DNA from: Candidatus Latescibacterota bacterium
GTDB taxonomy: Bacteria > Latescibacterota > UBA2968 > UBA8231
DNA length: 64,000 bases
Reading direction: 5' to 3'
NCBI GenBank assembly: GCA_965261395.1
Contig: OZ253462.1
Location: 1,728,001 to 1,792,000, forward strand
The notes beneath the pieces were generated by a model, which saw nothing but the letters and a program-made list of their open reading frames with translations, did not search any database and was not told the DNA's origin. Both the position numbers and the translations under genes were made by a program. Of the stretch, positions 61,011 through 64,000 are shown in pieces; position 1 is the first letter of the stretch; each line of letters starts with the position of its first letter.

Positions 61011-61095
61011 CTTTACACTCCTCTGTTTCCTTGGCGGTGAAACTCGGCTACCGAGTTAATAAAAATAGAAGCTTGAAGCTCAAAAAACAAGGCGA

Positions 61096-62370
61096 CTAGT
61101 CGTTCATGGCCTTGAGGAATTCCTCGTTGGATTCCGTACCCTGCATGCGCTCTTGGAGGAACTCCATCCCCTCAGTGACTCCCATCTGATTGAGTATGCG
61201 GCGCAGTACCCACGAGCGGTTCAATTCAAACTCCGTGAGCAGTAGCTCTTCTTTGCGGGTGCTCGTCGCCGTCACGTCAACGGCCGGATAGACGCGGCGG
61301 TTGCTCAGCCGGCGGTCTAGCTGCACCTGCATATTGCCCGTGCCTTTGAACTCTTCAAAGATCACTTCGTCCATGCGACTCCCGGTCTCGACCAAGGCCG
61401 TGGCGATAATCGTCAGGCTGCCGCCTTCTTCGGGATTGCGAGCGGCGGCGAAAAAGCGGCGCGGCCACTGCAAAGCCGTCGAGTCAACGCCGCCGGTGAG
61501 AATCCGGCCCGAATGCGGCGTCACCGTATTGTAGGCCCGCGCCAAACGCGTGATGCTATCGAGCAGGACGACCACATCCCGCTTGTGCTCGACTAGACGC
61601 CGAGCCTTCTCGATCACCATATCCGCCACCTGCACATGCCGCGTAGCCGACTCATCAAAGGTCGAACTGACGACTTCGCCCTGGACCGAACGCAGCATAT
61701 CGGTGACTTCTTCGGGGCGCTCGTCGATGAGCAAGACGATGAGAATCGCTTCAGGGTGATTGGTGGTAATGGCGTTGGCGACCTTTTGCAGTAGCATGGT
61801 TTTGCCGGTGAAGGGCGGCGCGACGATTAGGCCGCGCTGCCCCTTGCCGATGGGCGAGAGCAAGTCGAGAATCCGCGTCGTCATGTCCTTGGGATTGTGC
61901 TCTAACTTGAAGCGATCCGTGGGATGCAAGGCCGTCAGGTTCTCGAAGATCGTCTTGCTCTTGGTGACTTCTGGATCGTCAAAGTTGATCGCCTCGACTC
62001 GCAGCAGCGCAAAGTACTTCTCGTCGTTTTTCGGCGGGCGGATCTGACCGGAGATCGTGTCGCCCGTGCGCAGACTGAATCGCTTAATCTGCGAGTGGGA
62101 AACGTAAATGTCGTCGGGGCCAGGCAAGTAGTTGTAGCTCGGCGAGCGGAGAAAGCCAAATCCCTCTTCCAGCACCTCCAAAGTGCCTTGGGCAAAGATC
62201 AGCCCACTGCGCTCGGTCTGGTGCTTGAGGATGGAGAAAATCAGCTCCTGCTTGCGCAGAGAAATGCAATCTACAACTTCCAATTTCTTGGCCAGCTCTT
62301 GGAGATCCAAGATGTTCATGCGCTGGAGTTCGACGATATTCATCTTCTGCGTTCTATTGATAGGCGGCAT
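61096..62370 (-). CDS. rho: transcription termination factor Rho
   Basis: [57 protein letters not shown]. Confidence 0.97.
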   Translation of the reverse strand: MPPINRTQKMNIVELQRMNILDLQELAKKLEVVDCISLRKQELIFSILKHQTERSGLIFAQGTLEVLEEGFGFLRSPSYNYLPGPDDIYVSHSQIKRFSLRTGDTISGQIRPPKNDEKYFALLRVEAINFDDPEVTKSKTIFENLTALHPTDRFKLEHNPKDMTTRILDLLSPIGKGQRGLIVAPPFTGKTMLLQKVANAITTNHPEAILIVLLIDERPEEVTDMLRSVQGEVVSSTFDESATRHVQVADMVIEKARRLVEHKRDVVVLLDSITRLARAYNTVTPHSGRILTGGVDSTALQWPRRFFAAARNPEEGGSLTIIATALVETGSRMDEVIFEEFKGTGNMQVQLDRRLSNRRVYPAVDVTATSTRKEELLLTEFELNRSWVLRRILNQMGVTEGMEFLQERMQGTESNEEFLKAMND

Positions 62371-62691
62371 CTCTTCCTTGCGACCTTTCTTGCGGTTAAA
62401 GTGCAGGGACTCGAAGCGGATATTAGGTGCGGTGCGGCACTAGAAGCACCTAGGGCTATTGCGAGGTATTGGATTGTTAAAAGCGGTAGTACCGCTAAGA
62501 CACTAAAACCTAGGGTAGGCCGCACCTTGGCAAAGTTCTTTAATCGCTACAGGAGGTCTATCGCGAAGAATATCTAAAGGGAGAGTGGAATTTCAAGCGG
62601 AATAAACCGCCGAGGTATTTGCTTTGAATAGGAGAGGTGCGAAAGAGATTAAAGAATACAGATAACTTCTTTGTTTGTCAAGGAGTACTAC

Positions 62692-62730
62692 AAAAAAAGA
62701 GGACGCTCACTCGTCGAGTGGGCGTCCTCT
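62692..62730 (-). terminator. intrinsic terminator
   Basis: AGAGGACGCTCACTC / GAGTGGGCGTCCTCT hairpin; A7 on + strand gives a U-tract on the minus strand, just after the stop at 62747. Confidence 0.85.
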
Positions 62731-62746
62731 GCAGCTTGGCGTGCCT

Positions 62747-63430
62747 TTATTGATCGACACCGACGGTCATCGCCGTCCGAGCTACATCTTCATTGGAAGC
62801 AAAAGGTGCGACAACGCCAGATTCGTTGTCTCCGTCAAAGGCCCTCACGTCATAGGCATAGGAGGCTCCACTGACGACATCACTGTCGACGAATTCGGAG
62901 ACACCCGGCCCCAGCGTAGTGATCAACCTTTCACTGCCCTGTTCCTGAGTTACGGCCTTGCCGAAATCATCGGCGAAACGAAGAAAATCATCGACATCAA
63001 TTTGGCCATTGGGCACTATATCGAAGAACAAGGCAAAATCCGCATCGGCGTTAGAAGAGCCGAAGCGATCGGCTAAGAGGAAGAAGTCGTCGAAGTCAAC
63101 TCTGTCCCCCTCGCGCGTAAACCAGCCGAGCACTACCTCGCCGCTATCGTCCACGGGCGGGAAGAAATCCGTCCGGTACACGCGATAGCCGTGTACATCG
63201 CCCGTGGGGACCACCTGGTCACCAAAGGTCGTGAACGAACGAGCGTCATCTGTTGATAGCGTCCAAGAGACCGATACGGATAGATCATCGCCGGATGTGA
63301 CTTGTAGGTTGGTCACAGGTGCAGGAGGAATATTATCGACGGAAGCTACGGGCCCAGAGGTAGCCAACTGAGCGGCCGCGGGAACAGCGCAAAACGCGGC
63401 TAGCGCGACGATGCGGATATACTCTCTCAT
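62747..63430 (-). CDS. secreted protein with FN3-like fold and inserted EF-hand/dockerin-like repeat pair
   Basis: Signal peptide ending AAA; DNIPPAPVTNL...W; VDFDDFFLLADRFG and IDVDDFLRFADDFG. Confidence 0.7.
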   Translation of the reverse strand: MREYIRIVALAAFCAVPAAAQLATSGPVASVDNIPPAPVTNLQVTSGDDLSVSVSWTLSTDDARSFTTFGDQVVPTGDVHGYRVYRTDFFPPVDDSGEVVLGWFTREGDRVDFDDFFLLADRFGSSNADADFALFFDIVPNGQIDVDDFLRFADDFGKAVTQEQGSERLITTLGPGVSEFVDSDVVSGASYAYDVRAFDGDNESGVVAPFASNEDVARTAMTVGVDQ

Positions 63431-63484
63431 CGAACTATACTCCTTGTAAAAGGATGGAATACATAGCTAGCTTGAGGCCGGCAT

Positions 63485-64000
63485 CTAGTACAAATCGGCA
63501 CCTAGGTTGTCGGCCCAAAGGAAAAAGTCCTCGAGGTCAACCACGCCGTTGCCGTCGATATCTGTGGCAGAATTGAATTCGGCTTGGCCAAAGTTGGCTT
63601 GGAAAATGCCATAGTCTAAAAGGTCCACATCGCCATCGTAGTCAAAGTCGCCGAGGAGCAACATGTTCTTGACTTCAGCGGATTCGATGGGAGCGCTCTC
63701 GTTGCCGCTAGGATCGACGACCGAGACCATGTAGAAATACCGCCTGCTCCCCGCGCTCACGTTGATCGAGGCATCAATTAAGGACGTCACGCCGGCACCA
63801 ACGGTGCCGACTATTGCCAAGTTGCCGTCAGAGTCATCGGCGAGACGACGCCATATATTGTAACCAGCGACATCGTTGACGTTGGCAAAGGTGCCGCCCG
63901 TCGTAAAGTCGCTACTCGTCGGAGTCTGGCGCGTGCCGTCGTCGCCAGACAAGGTCCAAGAGATAGTGACACTCCTTCCGCCTTCGTTGAACCCAGCCTG
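63485..64000 (-). CDS. C-terminal part of a secreted FN3-like protein with a dockerin-like C-terminus (5' end outside window)
   Basis: GDFDYDGDVDLLDY and DIDGNGVVDLEDFFLWADNLG calcium-binding repeats; frame open to the window edge. Confidence 0.7.
   Translation of the reverse strand, partial: QAGFNEGGRSVTISWTLSGDDGTRQTPTSSDFTTGGTFANVNDVAGYNIWRRLADDSDGNLAIVGTVGAGVTSLIDASINVSAGSRRYFYMVSVVDPSGNESAPIESAEVKNMLLLGDFDYDGDVDLLDYGIFQANFGQAEFNSATDIDGNGVVDLEDFFLWADNLGADLY

Noticed and set aside
62371-62690. ORF 62340..62525 or an ncRNA in the rho leader
   Set aside because: ORF has no recognisable motif; no convincing RNA family seen; probably a 5' leader/promoter region
1-64000. tRNA, rRNA, prophage or integrase genes; many antisense and overlapping ORFs in the track
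   Set aside because: No such genes recognised; the overlapping ORFs are Arg/Pro/Ser-rich shadows expected in high-GC DNA

Overview
A GC-rich bacterial window. The giant Calx-beta/cadherin/FN3 surface protein, the ankyrin protein, the many Gfo/Idh/MocA-type enzymes and the EF-hand/dockerin-like secreted proteins suggest a Latescibacterota/Gemmatimonadota-like lineage, possibly sponge-associated; this is inference only. The right end (51.5-62.4 kb) is core genome on the minus strand: rho, rpmE (type B), DUF1385, prfA, prmC, radA, recA, an hpt-like gene and an M42 peptidase. The rest is a heavily rearranged accessory region. It contains: (1) a ~4000-aa autotransporter-like adhesin interrupted by a single in-frame TAA; (2) a damaged DUF2089/DUF4097/SHOCT operon; (3) an IS200/IS605 tnpB element carrying a nested MITE; (4) an orphan mazE with a 6-codon mazF-like stub; (5) an AhpD-like CxxU selenoprotein split by UGA in the ORF track; (6) a wHTH-like + TIR gene pair, a candidate undescribed defence system; (7) an IS5 and an IS630; (8) an integrase-less integron cassette array (CALIN, 47.3-51.4 kb) with five attC-like sites and nucleotidyltransferase-like, methyltransferase and HEPN-like cargo. 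Recurrent 20-50 bp copies of neighbouring gene pieces sit at the junctions of many accessory genes. A candidate novel SOS-type operator (three ACCTGAACA copies) overlaps a near-consensus recA promoter. All family calls come from motif recognition; no database searches were run.
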